Shown here piece after piece: positions 51,285 through 64,000 of a DNA stretch of 64,000 nt. Where the stretch lies: NCBI RefSeq assembly GCF_020745735.1, contig NC_083433.1, positions 2,739,363 through 2,803,362 on the forward strand. The letters are read 5' to 3'. This DNA comes from Hemiscyllium ocellatum. Its lineage: Eukaryota. The notes under the pieces were generated by a model. It ran no database searches and was not told the DNA's origin. It saw only the letters and a list, made by a program, of their open reading frames with translations. Position 1 is the stretch's first letter. Every line of letters begins with the position of its first letter. The translations under genes were made by a program, and so were the position numbers.

Positions 51285-51869
51285 GTGAGGCATTAGAAGT
51301 ATCACATTGTTAAATAAAACAAACCTGAAAATGTTCATAGCGTTCAACCTGTAGAGGAGTGGGGAATCCTCAATGCCTTGTATTTGTTGAGACTGTGAGG
51401 AAAGTGAGTGCTTCTTTCATGAAGACTGAGTTTCTTGCCAGTCAGTTACCTCCTTGTATCTTGACCCATTGATCAGTCTTTGTGTCCATATTTAATGCCC
51501 TACTTTATGTTGTACAACAGCTACAATTCCTAATTGCATCAACTGAAGTGAAGGATTAGATGGTCACTTGAGCGCGCACACAGACACTTTTTCTAACATA
51601 GAAGTTTTGTGGCGTCGTATACCTGTAATGCTAGACTCTGTGAATAGGTCTATTTCAAGTAAAGACTGGCTCTGGTTTCTTCCTTCACTGGCTATCGGGA
51701 ATATAATGAACAAGCTCATGTTAACAATCTTTGTTTTTAATCACTTCCCCTTGTTACCTAGTCCTTTCGGAGGTAAGCATTAACACCCAGTGTTACCCTG
51801 GTGCATTCAAAACAGAGTTAAATGGAATCTGCAGTTGGTATTTATTGAGTTGTGATGAATATTTCATAA

Positions 51870-52487
<618 letters not shown>

Positions 52488-53102
52488 TGAGCCCCCTCTC
52501 TTTCTTTCACTGTCTTTCCTGCTTGAATGCTTCCCACTGATTTTGGTTTTTCCTTTTGAAGTAGCTGCTTCCTCTTCAGCGAAGTCATATTGGCCCAGGA
52601 CACTGAGGAGGACCTCACTCTTAGAGCTATGGAAACTTTTAAGTAGCCTTCCAAATAGGAGGCAATCTCTGTTTAATGCCGTGTCCAAGAGAGGACAGCT
52701 GTGATAGCACAGCACTATCTGATTATTGCAGTTCTAGTATTGGTCTGGATTTTCTAGAATGGGATTTGAACCCTGACCTTTTTCACCCCCGGGCCTTCTT
52801 GCCTGCCTTGTGGCACTGGCTCACTGACATTCAGCACCGAGTGTGCCTGCTATTCCACTGCCGTGCTCCCCTGTGAGACACGATGCTCAGGCATGGGGGA
52901 AGCAGTATTTGAACAGGACTTGGTCCTGTCCTTGTCTCTTGTTAACAAGTGCACTCCACCAGCAAGGTTTGTGTCTGGCTGCCTCAATCTACCGAATTCC
53001 CCCTGCAGACTGTAGACCAGGGTGTGGGTGTGAAAGCCAGTAACTGTATATAATACTGTGATCTTTTGCTATAAATTGTGTCCTATGATACTACTCCACT
53101 AG

Positions 53103-53140
53103 CTATCTGACGAAGGAGCAGCACTCCGAAAGCTTGTACT
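53103..53140 (+). ncRNA. Minimal hammerhead motif (family B) in GTPBP1 intron 4, sense to the pre-mRNA
   Basis: CTGACGA-A-GGAG CAGCA CTCC-GAAAG-CTT; AGCT palindrome replaces ACGT. Confidence 0.55.
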
Positions 53141-53763
53141 TCCACATGAACCTGCTGGATTATAACCTGGTGTTGTGATTTTTAGCTACTGTAGAGCCAG
53201 AGTGTTTTATTGAAGAAACGAGGGGTGATGTATGGGAAGGGAGTCTCCCAATAACACCTGATTGAGTGACCTTTTGTTTCCAGCGGTGAGGCAAGTACCC
53301 TGCCTCCTATCCATTATGGAGTTGATAGGCAATGTGTACCTCTGAATCAGCTCACGTAGGCAGCAAGTGTAGGCTGAGGGTTTGAACAGTTAGCCTGAGA
53401 CCGCTATTCAGAAACAAGTGCAAAAGTGCACTTGCACAGGCCACTCACTGAGAAGCTCAATGTTTAAAACCTGTTGCTACCAGTGACTGGTTGATGCTGT
53501 TACCTATTCTGGTTACTTCCAGAAAATGCAGCTGGCTTTGGTGTGCTTTTGATAGGCAATGGGAAAAGAATAATAAACCTGGATTTCTACTGAGCCTTTC
53601 ATAGGCTGTAGCTATCCCAAAACTAACTCGAGCCAATTGCTGCTGTGTTGTAAATCAGCATGTGCTGAAGATTTCTATAAGAGAGAATAGGAATTTTAGT
53701 ATTCAGTTCTGATTATGAGCTACCTCTTTTTCATTCTGACTGGATGAACTTTGCCTTTCTAAG

Positions 53764-53887
53764 GTTGGTAGTAATGCTGGAATTGTGGGCATGACCAAAG
53801 AGCACCTGGGACTTGCACTGGCTCTCAACGTTCCTGTGTTTGTTGTGGTGACAAAGATAGACATGTGTCCAGCTAATATCTTACAAG
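53764..53887 (+). CDS. GTPBP1: GTPBP1 exon 5 (G4 TKID)
   Basis: ctaag|[41 protein letters not shown]|gtaaga, 124 nt. Confidence 0.96.
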
Positions 53888-55054
53888 GTAAGAGGTGAAG
53901 TGCCAAATTGTCAGTGATTTGAAAACACTTGTGGGTTCTCTTTCTAGCCACCTGTATCAGGTGCTGACAGGTGAAGTTGCTATTTTGTGAGCTGTCCTAG
54001 GTGAGGCCACAATGATGCCATTTTGGCCATTAGCATTAATTTGGGTAGGAATTTTCTTGCCCACAGCACAGGTAAACTTAATCAACTGTTACTTTTTTGT
54101 TAAAAATATATAAGTCACAATTCACTGCCATTCAGTAACCATTTGAGGTAAAACGCACTCCTTCTTCATTTTGTTCTTTTTCTCCAGTTAAAGAATGCAC
54201 AACATGTACAAACTATACAATGTCAGTGTTGCAATTTCAGGAGAAGTGACTATCTGTTACTCCGTTTTCCTGTATTGATCTGGATTCCCAATTGGCAAAA
54301 ATCATCCATTTGGCCCAGCTAGTCTGTTTGTGGTGTTGGCATTCCACAAGAACCATCTCTTATCCCCAACTTGCTCCTTTGTGGCCTTTCCCTCGGGTAC
54401 CCTTCTAATGCACTTTTAAAAGGAACAATCTAACTCTGGTAGTGAGCTCCACATTCTAATCGACTTGTGAATAAAAATAATTCCTCCTGATGTCTGGATT
54501 TGAATGACAGTTCCATTATGGGAAAGCAGACAATCTTCCTTAATATCATCCCTGACCAGCTCTGTTTATTAGTTTAATAGCCTCTTTAGCAGGCCACCTG
54601 TTCAGTTTATTTTTCTCGCCCAAACCTGTTCAGTCCCTCCTGGATGCTCGAGTTCTCTGCTCTGGTAGTGTCCTTGTAAATTTTCTTTTACATTTTCTCC
54701 AGTCTGTCTGTATCCTTTGTCAATGGTACATATGATTAGTGCCAAATGTGCTGGAGTGACATCATCAATTGTTAACAAGAAAGTTCATTACAATGAAAAG
54801 TGATTAAATTCTTAGCACCTTGCTCTAACATGAGGAATATCTTGGTGAATGTGAAGACCGGTCAGCTGGTGTGACAAGGCAGAAGCAAAACCTTAAAGTG
54901 GGAACCTTTTAGTGCAGGTTTCTGAGGGCAGGAAGTAGTGACACAGGCTGGACAGTAGAACTCTCTGGTTGTGGGGTGGCTGTACAGTGCTCCAGTTCAT
55001 TACTTTTGATAAACTGTCCAATGGCTGATGGGTTTATTTGTTTGTCTTTATTGA

Positions 55055-55174
<120 letters not shown>

Positions 55175-55871
55175 TAACGGGCTTCACACTCCCCGTTAAA
55201 ATACAGCATTTTTTTGATATCTTTCCACCTTTCTGGCCGCCGTATAGTTTCTGCCGTTCCCGCAGTTAGCATCGTCGAGTTGCATGATTGGGTTGGGCAG
55301 CATTGTCAACTCCAATTCTTTCGTAGAATTGTTACAGTATGGAAAACTCCATTCGATGTGTAATGTCTGTGCTGGCTGTGTGCAAGAGGAACTGCTTCCC
55401 TTTGTAGGCACCTACCTAGTCCAAGGCACTTTTTTTGTCCACTAGGCCAGCATGTATGCTTCAAGCAATCACAGGAGCTAAGGTATTGTGTTTTTTGTAA
55501 TCCTTTCCTCATTCTATAACGAGTCAGTGTCCTCGCTGCTGCCCTAAACTCAGTGACTGTGCTGAGGCTCCCACAAAGCATTTGATAACAAAGTGAAATG
55601 GGGCATGCTTCCCTTGGGTAGCTTTTTGATGTGAGACGAGAAACTTGGGGAGTTTAATTACAGCAGGATAAACAGTGGAGGGATTCACGCAGGTGTTTGT
55701 AACTGATTTGGAGGAAGATCAGGTTTTTTCATTCATTTGTGGATGTGAATATCTCTGTCTGGAGCCAGCATCTGTTGACCATACTCTACTTCCCCTTGAG
55801 AGTGGTGATGTGCTTTGAGGATTCACGAACACTGAACCACTCAGGAGGTATTCTGCACCCTGACCAATTAA

Positions 55872-56316
55872 CCCCTTCCCCGGCAACATTTTTGGAGAAA
55901 ACGTTTCATTTTCAGATGAATTTTAAAAATTTTTTTATAGTATTTTTAATGCTTGCACACTCATCTGGTGTATCCAAGCTTCTAATAGAAGGTTCATACT
56001 CCATTGTCATCTTCTGAGCTCGACATCTGGGTATAATTTGTAAAAAACAGAAAAAAACGAATGACAGTGTGTGCCCAAAAGCGGTGCATCGACGCTTCTT
56101 GCAATGTCTAAGGTGGCAGAGACACAGCTACCAGACGTAGGAGTCACCAAGTATACTCGTTTCTAGCTGAGAAGGGCCCAGAAATGCCGAGAATTGACTT
56201 ATAAACTCGTCTGTGGCTGTTTTTGAAATTATATGTTTTGGACGAGTTTACTCGTCGCACTCTGAAAAAGATACATTGGGTGAGGACAAGTGAACGCGTC
56301 TTTGCCGGGTAAGGGG
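55872..56316. mobile_element. piggyBac-type MITE in GTPBP1 intron 6
   Basis: TTAA|CCCCTTCCCCGGCAA ... TTGCCGGGTAAGGGG|TTAA: 15-bp TIR with 1 mismatch, TTAA duplication, no ORF. Confidence 0.85.
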
Positions 56317-56435
56317 TTAACTCCCCAAAAGCTGCCTGCCCAGTGTCCCTGGTGTTTGTCCTTGATGAGGCAAGACTGTCAAATGTGAGTGTGTGTCTCC
56401 TTATAACTGAGTCCTTATGTTTTCCTTTGTCTCAG

Positions 56436-56580
56436 GATGTGCCCAATTTTCCAGATCTCTAACGTCACTGGGGAGAACCTCGAACTGCTGAAGATGTTTT
56501 TGAACTTGCTGTCACCAAGGACAAGTTTCAAGGAGGATGAGCCGGCAGAGTTTCAGATTGACGACACGTATTCTGTCCCG
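56436..56580 (+). CDS. GTPBP1: GTPBP1 exon 7
   Basis: tctcag|[48 protein letters not shown]|gtgaga, 145 nt. Confidence 0.96.
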
Positions 56581-57897
56581 GTGAGATCTTATATAATGGG
56601 GACTGGGTGCAACTAAACGGCCTCTGTATTAATTCCAACTATTAAGCTTGCAGAGGAGTTCCACGTTTTGGTCCTCCATTATTACATCAGTCATTTGTTC
56701 AATTCCTTTTAAAGTAGTAACATGACTCTGATTAAGGCCACCTGGAAGGAAGTATACTTTAAGGAGCCTTTTGAAGGAAGTCTGGGAAGATTAGAACTGG
56801 AACTTGGGTCTAGATAGCTGAAGACCCGGCCAATAAGAGAGTCAGTTTAAATAGTCATCTGTGAGAATCAAACGTGAGTGAATTGCACCATACTGATTAC
56901 TGCCCGTTTCTTCTGAATTCTTGATTAGATTTATTAGTGACTGTTTGTTTATGAGCTGTAGTTTTGGACGTGCATGCAAATGGAAACACTACCACTAACT
57001 TGTCCATTCAAACCTAACTGACAAAGTTCAAGGACTAATCTGGGATTCTCTGACCTGTCTGAATCATAGAATAGTTACGGTGCAGAAGGGAGCCATTTTG
57101 TGTGTGTGTGTGCTGGCTGTCTGCAAGAACAATTCCGCTAGTGCCTTTGTCCTGCAGCCTATTTTTTTAAAAGAAATTTCCTTCCCTAAAGGACATTGAT
57201 GAACCAGATGGGTCTTTACAACAAATCAAATCGCTAATAGTCTCTGTGACGGTGGCTTTGTTTTAATTCTAGTCCTTTTGCACAGCTGCATTGGTGGGAT
57301 TTAAATCCATTAAACTCAACGTCTCTTATCAGTCCAGAGACTTTTTATCATTACATCGCAAACACTGCCCTGTTTGCATGCCTCAACTTACTGGACAAAC
57401 AAGTGTGTGACGTGGTGGGAAGTCATCTCGTTCTGGATGCTGGTAAACAAAGTAATGCAGCAATCCATGTCGTTCAGATAATAATGTTAAACCACAGCTC
57501 AGTGTGAGTAAATAAGAGATCATAACATCATTCAAAAGGGAAGACTGGTGTTTCAAATCAGCAGGAACTGGGAATGTTAATTCATCATTATTGTGGAATC
57601 TTTATGCACAAATTACTGTTGCCTATTTGACAACAGTTTAGGCTTCAATAGGAACACATTGTGTTTGGAACATTCTGAGGATAAGTGCTTTATGAATGCA
57701 ACCAAACTGTGTTTTGTACACATACAAGATTTCCTTGCATCCATGGGTAGACCAAATATAAACCAGTTCTAATTAAAATTGGCAGAATTCTCACTTGTTT
57801 TCATGCATAAAAAGCAAGAATATGGATTTTGATTGTTGAAGTTTATTTGATTCCAGCTGGATAAACCACAATCTCTTCCTGTTTCACTATTCTCCAG

Positions 57898-58080
57898 GGC
57901 GTTGGGACAGTGGTATCTGGAACAACGCTAAGAGGTTTGATCCGTTTGAATGACACATTACTTCTAGGACCTGACCCACTGGGGAACTTCATGCCCATCG
58001 CGGTGAAATCAATCCACAGGAAACGAATGCCAGTCCGGGAAGTACGAGGTGGCCAAACGGCATCCTTCGCTCTGAAGAAA
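57898..58080 (+). CDS. GTPBP1: GTPBP1 exon 8
   Basis: ctccag|[61 protein letters not shown]|gtaaaa, 183 nt. Confidence 0.96.
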
Positions 58081-59074
58081 GTAAAAAAACACACTTTTTT
58101 TTCTCTCTCTCTCTCTCTCCTCTGGTTACTGTTTGCTGTTAATGTTCTGTCTTGTCCCTCCAGAAATTATTCATGTAATCAGATCAAATGCCCATTTTCT
58201 CAATAGTATACAGTTACCAGTTACAAGCAGCACCATACAACTCCTTTTTTAAATAAAAATTACAAAAGTCTAGAGATTTTACAACACAAATAGGTCATTC
58301 AGCTGAACTGATGCATGGTCATGTTAGTGCTCTATGTGAGCCTCTTCTCTTGCTCTCCCTCCTGATGATTGAGCTGACATTACCTGCTTGGTTAGTTTCC
58401 TTGCCTTTTCCTTTTGTAGCTATTTGCACATTTCTCACCGATTCCTCTGGGGAAAAACTTTTTTTCCTGAATTCCTGATTGAATTCATCAGTGACTATCT
58501 TTTTAGAAGTTAGCTGTCATTTTGGATTCTTTACCCCGTCAAACCTCCTTTCAAAATTTTAAAGATTCCTCTTAAATCACCACTTGGCCAGCGGCTCTCT
58601 CCTCTATAAGAGGAGACAGATCAAAGGGATCACTTCCCGACAGCCATAACCTCTCAGTTATGGTATCTGTTTATGAATAGTTAGATCATGATATTGACCA
58701 ATATGGTCCTGAGGGTCAACCCTTATTGCTAGCCCTGGACTCAAAGGATGGGTTGGCCAGGGCAACCATTTCTGGTTTGGTTTAATAAAACGTCCAAAGG
58801 AGAAACTTTGCCAAAGGGAAAACTTAAATGAGGAAGATACATCATCCACAAAGGACCGTTTGAGTCACCCACATTGCTCTTGATGTCTTATATAGGCCAG
58901 ACCAGGTACAAACAGGAGATTTTCTTAGCAAAAGAATGTTAGTGATCCAGGTAGGTTTTATAATTATTGTCAGTAGTTCCATGGTCCGCATTGAGCCAGT
59001 TTTTATTCTAGTTTTTGTTGAATTCAATTGTCTCCATCAATTCTCAGAACTAATGTTAAGGTGTCCAGTACACT

Positions 59075-59660
59075 TGTTTTCATTGCTCAGATCTTTGAGT
59101 ATAGGAATTGGGATGTCATGTTGAGGCTGTAAAGGATTTAGTGAGACCTCCTCTGGAGTACTCTGTCCAGTTCTGGTCACCCAGTTATAGTAAGGATGTT
59201 ATTAAGATGGAGAGTTCAGAAGAGATGTTGCTGGGAATGGAGGGTTTTGAGTTACAAGATAGGCTGGCACTTGATTTACTGGCGCGCCGGAGGTTGATGG
59301 GTGACCTTATAAAGGTTTATAAAATTACGAGGGGCATGGAGAAGGGGAATGGTAAGTGTCTTTTCCCCAGAGTGGGGAATTTCAAGACTAGGTGGCACAA
59401 TTTTAAGATGAGTGGAGAAAGATGTTAAAAAAGGCACGAGGGGCAATTATTTTATGTCGCTTGTGTGTGGAGTGAACTGCCAAAGGAAGTGGTGGATGTG
59501 AATACAATCACAACATTTAAGAGACATTTTTGGACAAATACATGAATAGGAAAGGTTTGGAGGGACCTGTGCCAAAGTGCAGGCAGTTGGGACTAGTTTA
59601 GTTTTGGGATTATGCTTGGAGTGGACTAGTGAGACGGAAGGATCTTTCCGTGCTGGTACG
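59075..59660 (+). mobile_element. CR1/HER1-like LINE 3' fragment (similar copy about 61360-61850)
   Basis: LVRPPLEYSVQFWSP...RRRLMGDLIKVYKITRG in ORF 59108-59428. Confidence 0.8.
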
Positions 59661-60307
59661 ATTGTCCTGGATTGCTAGTCCAGTGACATTACCGCTGGGA
59701 GAAAGTGAGGACTGCAGGTGCTGGAGAGTCAGAGTTGAAAAGTGTAGTGCTGGAAAAGCACAGCAGGTCAGGCAGCATCCGAGGAGCAGGAGAGTCGACA
59801 TGTTGGGCATAAGCCCTTCATCAGGAATTACCACTGTGTCAGCTTGAAGGGCCTAAAACTGAAGAATATTGTGTTACAAAGTGAGGATCAACACATAGGG
59901 AAGTTACAAATATTCGCAAGATGTTTAACTGAGTTGCCTAATGAGGCAGGACACAAATCAAAAGGCATTTGGAAGTGAATTTGTAAAGGGGATGGGTGGT
60001 TCTGTCTTCCCCCATGTTGCAAGTGGTTCATGGTGTGGATCGGGGTGAACTGCAGTAGTTCAATGTGGTTCACCAGAACCTTCCCCAAGGCAACTAGGGA
60101 TGGACAATAAATACTGGCCCAGCAAGCAACACCCCATACCTGAAGGAATTTTATTTTTAAAAAATCATAACCTAAAATAAGCCCATCTGTGCAGATAATT
60201 CTTGTCTCTATTCTGAGAATATTGAAACGAATGCACTTTGTGCTTTAACAAAATTCCCACTGCTGTCCGAAGATATGGAGCCTAATTCCTCTTTTCCCCA
60301 CCCCCAG

Positions 60308-60443
60308 ATTAAGCGCTCATCCATCAGAAAGGGAATGGTGATGGTTTCTCCAAAACTTAATCCTCAGGCATCCTGGGAGTTCGAGGGAGAAATTCTTGTA
60401 TTGCACCATCCAACAACCATCAGCCCTCGCTACCAGGCTATGG
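60308..60443 (+). CDS. GTPBP1: GTPBP1 exon 9
   Basis: ccccag|[45 protein letters not shown]|gtaagc, 136 nt. Confidence 0.96.
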
Positions 60444-61035
60444 GTAAGCCAACTGGAGGTGGAACCTGCTGTGTGCTCAGTGTACTGCTTCTCAGAAATT
60501 AACCTTTCTCATCAACTTCCTTTGGTGACTCGGAAAGGGGGGAGGAGTTAATGATCCACAATGAGGGGGGTCACATCAAGCCCACTCCAGAAATGTGACC
60601 ACATCATCATGCAGGCTGCCATGTCTTGGCGCAGTACTGAAGTTCATTCTTGGGTTTTAGCGAAACACTGAAGTGTGGCCCCGGTTTGTTGTCTTGTGCG
60701 CATGTGAAAGATTCTATGGCACTACTTTTGAAGATGATTTTCCTCCGTATTCTGCCTAATATTTAATATCCAGTATCAGTTTTGGAAAAATGATAATCAC
60801 TGACACTTTGTGGGATCTTGTTTTGTATAAATTGACTGCAGTGTTTCCACAAAACAACTAATGTCTACACTTTAAATAGGATCATCTTGACTGTAAAGTG
60901 CTTTGAGGTACTCTGAGGAGGCACGATAGAAATGGCAGCCTTTTTAAAAGAATGTATGGCCTCCTCTCAGCCAACCTGTTGTCAGTTTTATTATGTGCAT
61001 TCAGTCCAATTGCTCATTTCATTCTTTCTGTCTGA

Positions 61036-61341
<306 letters not shown>

Positions 61342-62737
61342 TAAAGCCCCAAACGTGATGTTTTCTAGGCTGTGAAGAGGCCTTTATCAGCCTCTGGTTT
61401 GCAGGCTTGCTCCCAAGGAGATTTACCAAGATGTTGCTGGGTGTGGAGGGTTGGAGTTATAAGGCTGAGACTTTTGTCAGTGGAGCATAAAAAGTTGAGT
61501 GATCTTCTAGAGGTATATAAAGTCATGGGGGACTTAGAAATGGCAGGTGGTTTTTCTTTTCCCTTGGATGGGGGATTTCAGGATAGAGGCATGTTTTTAA
61601 GGTGAGAGGAGAGAGATTTAAATAAGACACTGGGGGCAATTTCTCTCTTACACAGAGGGTGGTTCATGCATGGAATAAACTTCCAAAGGATGTTTAATAA
61701 TGTTTAAAGGACATTTGGATAAGTTCATGAATAGGAAAGGTTGGAGTGATATGGGTCAAATGCAGATGGTTGAGACTAGTTTAGTTTGGGATTATGGTCA
61801 GCATGGTCTGGTTGGACCGAAGGGTCTGTTTCCGTGCTGTATGACACTCTATTTGTTTGAAGGAAGCTCTTTGGTTCCCTTTTCCTGCCCTAAACCCAAA
61901 CAGCATCAGTAGGAATAAAAGGCCATTCAGCCTACACTGCCGTTTGATTAGAGGACTGATTTTTACCTTCCTATTTGTATTTATTCTATGTCCCCGAGTG
62001 CTGGCTTTTTGCCAGGAAGTGTTCCCGTTTGCCTGGTTAGTGAAGGGCTTTGTGGTTCAAATTAGTGTAGGTTAGATGGGCTTCAGATTAGTTCCACAGG
62101 TCGGCGCAACATCGAGGGCCAAAGGGCCAGTACTGCGTTGGAATGTTCTGTTCTGTGTTCTCATTTGTGATTTCCCCTTTTCAAACCATTAGTAACATTT
62201 AAACTCCTGCTATAGATTGCCAGTCGAACTCTAACCTTGAAGGAATAGAGGGTGAGTTTGTACAACTTGTCCTCAGTTTAACCCTCTGAACCCCAGTTTG
62301 AAGACCTTCCTGATTTGTGACTGGGCACGATTTTCACTAATCAGTAAAAGGGTGCTATCAGTCTCATCCCATACCACACCAGGAACAAAGGTTACCTTCA
62401 GTCTCTCATCTCACTCATGGAGCTGAATCAGATGATTGACACATCATTGTGACAGAATTTATTTAATTCAACATTTTGTGTTACTGCAATAATCTTCATT
62501 TGAGTTGAAATACTTGACTGGACTAAAATGGGGTGGAAATATTGTATCTGGTTCCTGTAGGTTTGTTATCCCCTGGATGAGTTGCTGGTGTTTGTTGTTT
62601 TAAGCATGTTAGGATTTGAGAGAGGAACCTAGATCTCAGGGAACAGGAAGCAGCATTGGATAAACTACTGAGAAATGTCCTAATTGACCAAATGGAGTAG
62701 ATTATAACTGTTCACCTGGGTTTATTTTGAAAACTAG

Positions 62738-62917
62738 TTAATCCAGACCACGAACACATCACCATCGAACACCAAACCACTCCAGCTGAAGATGCAGTCA
62801 ACAAAGAAGGGGGCCTTATTGAAGAAGGAGGAAGTGTCGGCAGCAAGTGGTGCAACTGCCGAGGAGGGTCTGTCTTCGGGACAGGTGCCAGCTCTGTACA
62901 CACTGAGCCAAACGCAG
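62738..62917 (+). CDS. GTPBP1: GTPBP1 exon 11
   Basis: aactag|LIQTTNTSPSNTKPLQLKMQSTKKGALLKKEEVSAASG...TLSQTQ|gtaggt, 180 nt; KMQSTKKG conserved. Confidence 0.88.
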
Positions 62918-63158
62918 GTAGGTCAGGGTGCCCTGGAACTCTTTCAGGTCTCATTGCTATATTTTACACTCAGCAGTGATGCAAAACTCCAAGCTGTGCA
63001 CACTCACTAAAGCCTGTGACATAACACAGTAAAAGTGTCACTGGTGCTGATGCATCCAAAGTTTTTTTGTTGGTGATTGTTGCAGGTTTTGGTCTCTGGC
63101 TGTCTTGTCTGCTCATGTTGTCTGTCTCTTTTGCTTTCTCTTGCTGCACGGCTTTCAG

Positions 63159-63209
63159 ATGCCTTCAGAAGAGGATAAACAGAATCCAGATATTAATAAG
63201 GAAAACAAG
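63159..63209 (+). CDS. GTPBP1: GTPBP1 additional 51-nt exon (possibly alternative)
   Basis: Long polypyrimidine tract, ctttcag|MPSEEDKQNPDINKENK|gtagct, phase 0-0, no stop. Confidence 0.7.
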
Positions 63210-63944
63210 GTAGCTGCATGGATTTGTGTGGTGTTAGCACAATGGTTTGGTCAGACTCCATTGATCGAAAAGCCTGCAGTCAGCTTCCTCCTCAAAGTCA
63301 GTGATGCAAAGGGGGGGAATCCATTCCCAGTCTGTGCTGATGTCAGTAAGGTGTTCATGTCCTGCAACTGGCTGTGGAGTTGAGGAAAAACTGCAGCAAA
63401 ATCAGGCAGGATTCTGATGTTCCCCTCCAGTATATGATAAGGAGAGATTCAGGAGGCCATTCAGCCCATTGTGGCTGTTCTGTACTCTATCAAAGCAGAA
63501 GTGTCTTTTGGAAAGGAGGGGAAAGAATGTGAAGCACTTGTTTTTTAAAACAGCGGAATGCTGTATTTGCTAAAAATTTGTAATAAAACCAGTAAATTAT
63601 AAAAGGTCGAGTCAAAGTTAATTATTCATCTGACATGAATAAAGCTGAGTTGTAACTTATTTGGGGGTAGGCTTATTAGATTTTAAGATTTCAAGCACAG
63701 ACCTGAGTCAGGAACATGAGATGCTCGACTGGTGATGCTTTGTGACAGAGTCCTGGGTGAGTGTCCAAAGTAAGTGCTCCTATTTGTGTCGGGACAGGGG
63801 TGCACAGCTGTTACTAAGTGTGTTTGGCAAAAGTGCTCAGGTGCGGAAGGGGTCTTTAATTTCCTGGTGTCCACTGTCTGCTGGACAAATGAGCTTCATT
63901 AAAAGAATTCTTGGTGTTTTAATGAATCTCTGATTTCCAACCAG

Positions 63945-64000
63945 CCCAAAGGTGGCGGAGGGAGAAGACGCGGAGGCCAGCGACACAAGGTGAAATCACA
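63945..64000 (+). CDS. GTPBP1: GTPBP1 last coding exon (truncated by window edge)
   Basis: aaccag|PKGGGGRRRGGQRHKVKS..., the conserved GTPBP1 C-terminal GRRRGGQRHK motif. Confidence 0.92.

Noticed and set aside
62884-62890. Alternative donor CAG|GTGCCA inside GTPBP1 exon 11
   Set aside because: Weaker than CAG|GTAGGT at 62917; no sequence-only support for its use.

Overview
Vertebrate nuclear DNA, very probably a shark. This is inferred from dense HE1-like V-SINEs, HER1/CR1-like LINE fragments and characteristic 33-bp and 71-bp minisatellites. Three spliced protein-coding genes can be rebuilt by hand, with GT-AG boundaries and consistent phases. (1) The 5' part of Polycomb chromobox CBX7 on the minus strand: coding exons 1-4 at 13941-2033, with the rest off the left edge. 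(2) Complete JOSD1 (Josephin deubiquitinase) on the minus strand: 4 coding exons at 39960-23014, 199 aa. (3) GTPBP1 (translational GTPase) on the plus strand, head-to-head with JOSD1, from 47746 to beyond the right edge. Almost all ORFs in the supplied track are spurious or fragments of exons and retroelements. The most notable non-genic signal is more than 20 short insertions from three sequence families. These families carry a minimal type-I hammerhead ribozyme core (CTGANGA-stem II-GAAA-palindrome), complete in some copies and partial or lost in others. One copy is still attached to the C-terminus of a Penelope GIY-YIG ORF, and several are flanked by 7-16 bp direct repeats. Other highlights: an 11-copy array of CDE/CHR-like TTGAAACTG motifs in front of GTPBP1; a candidate in-frame 48-nt exon that would split the CBX7 chromodomain; a 28-bp minisatellite expanded inside a TA-flanked MITE; a CpG-rich piggyBac-type MITE; and an extra 51-nt GTPBP1 exon flanked by RBFOX motifs. 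Exon coordinates were counted manually, repeat boundaries are approximate, and no database searches were run.
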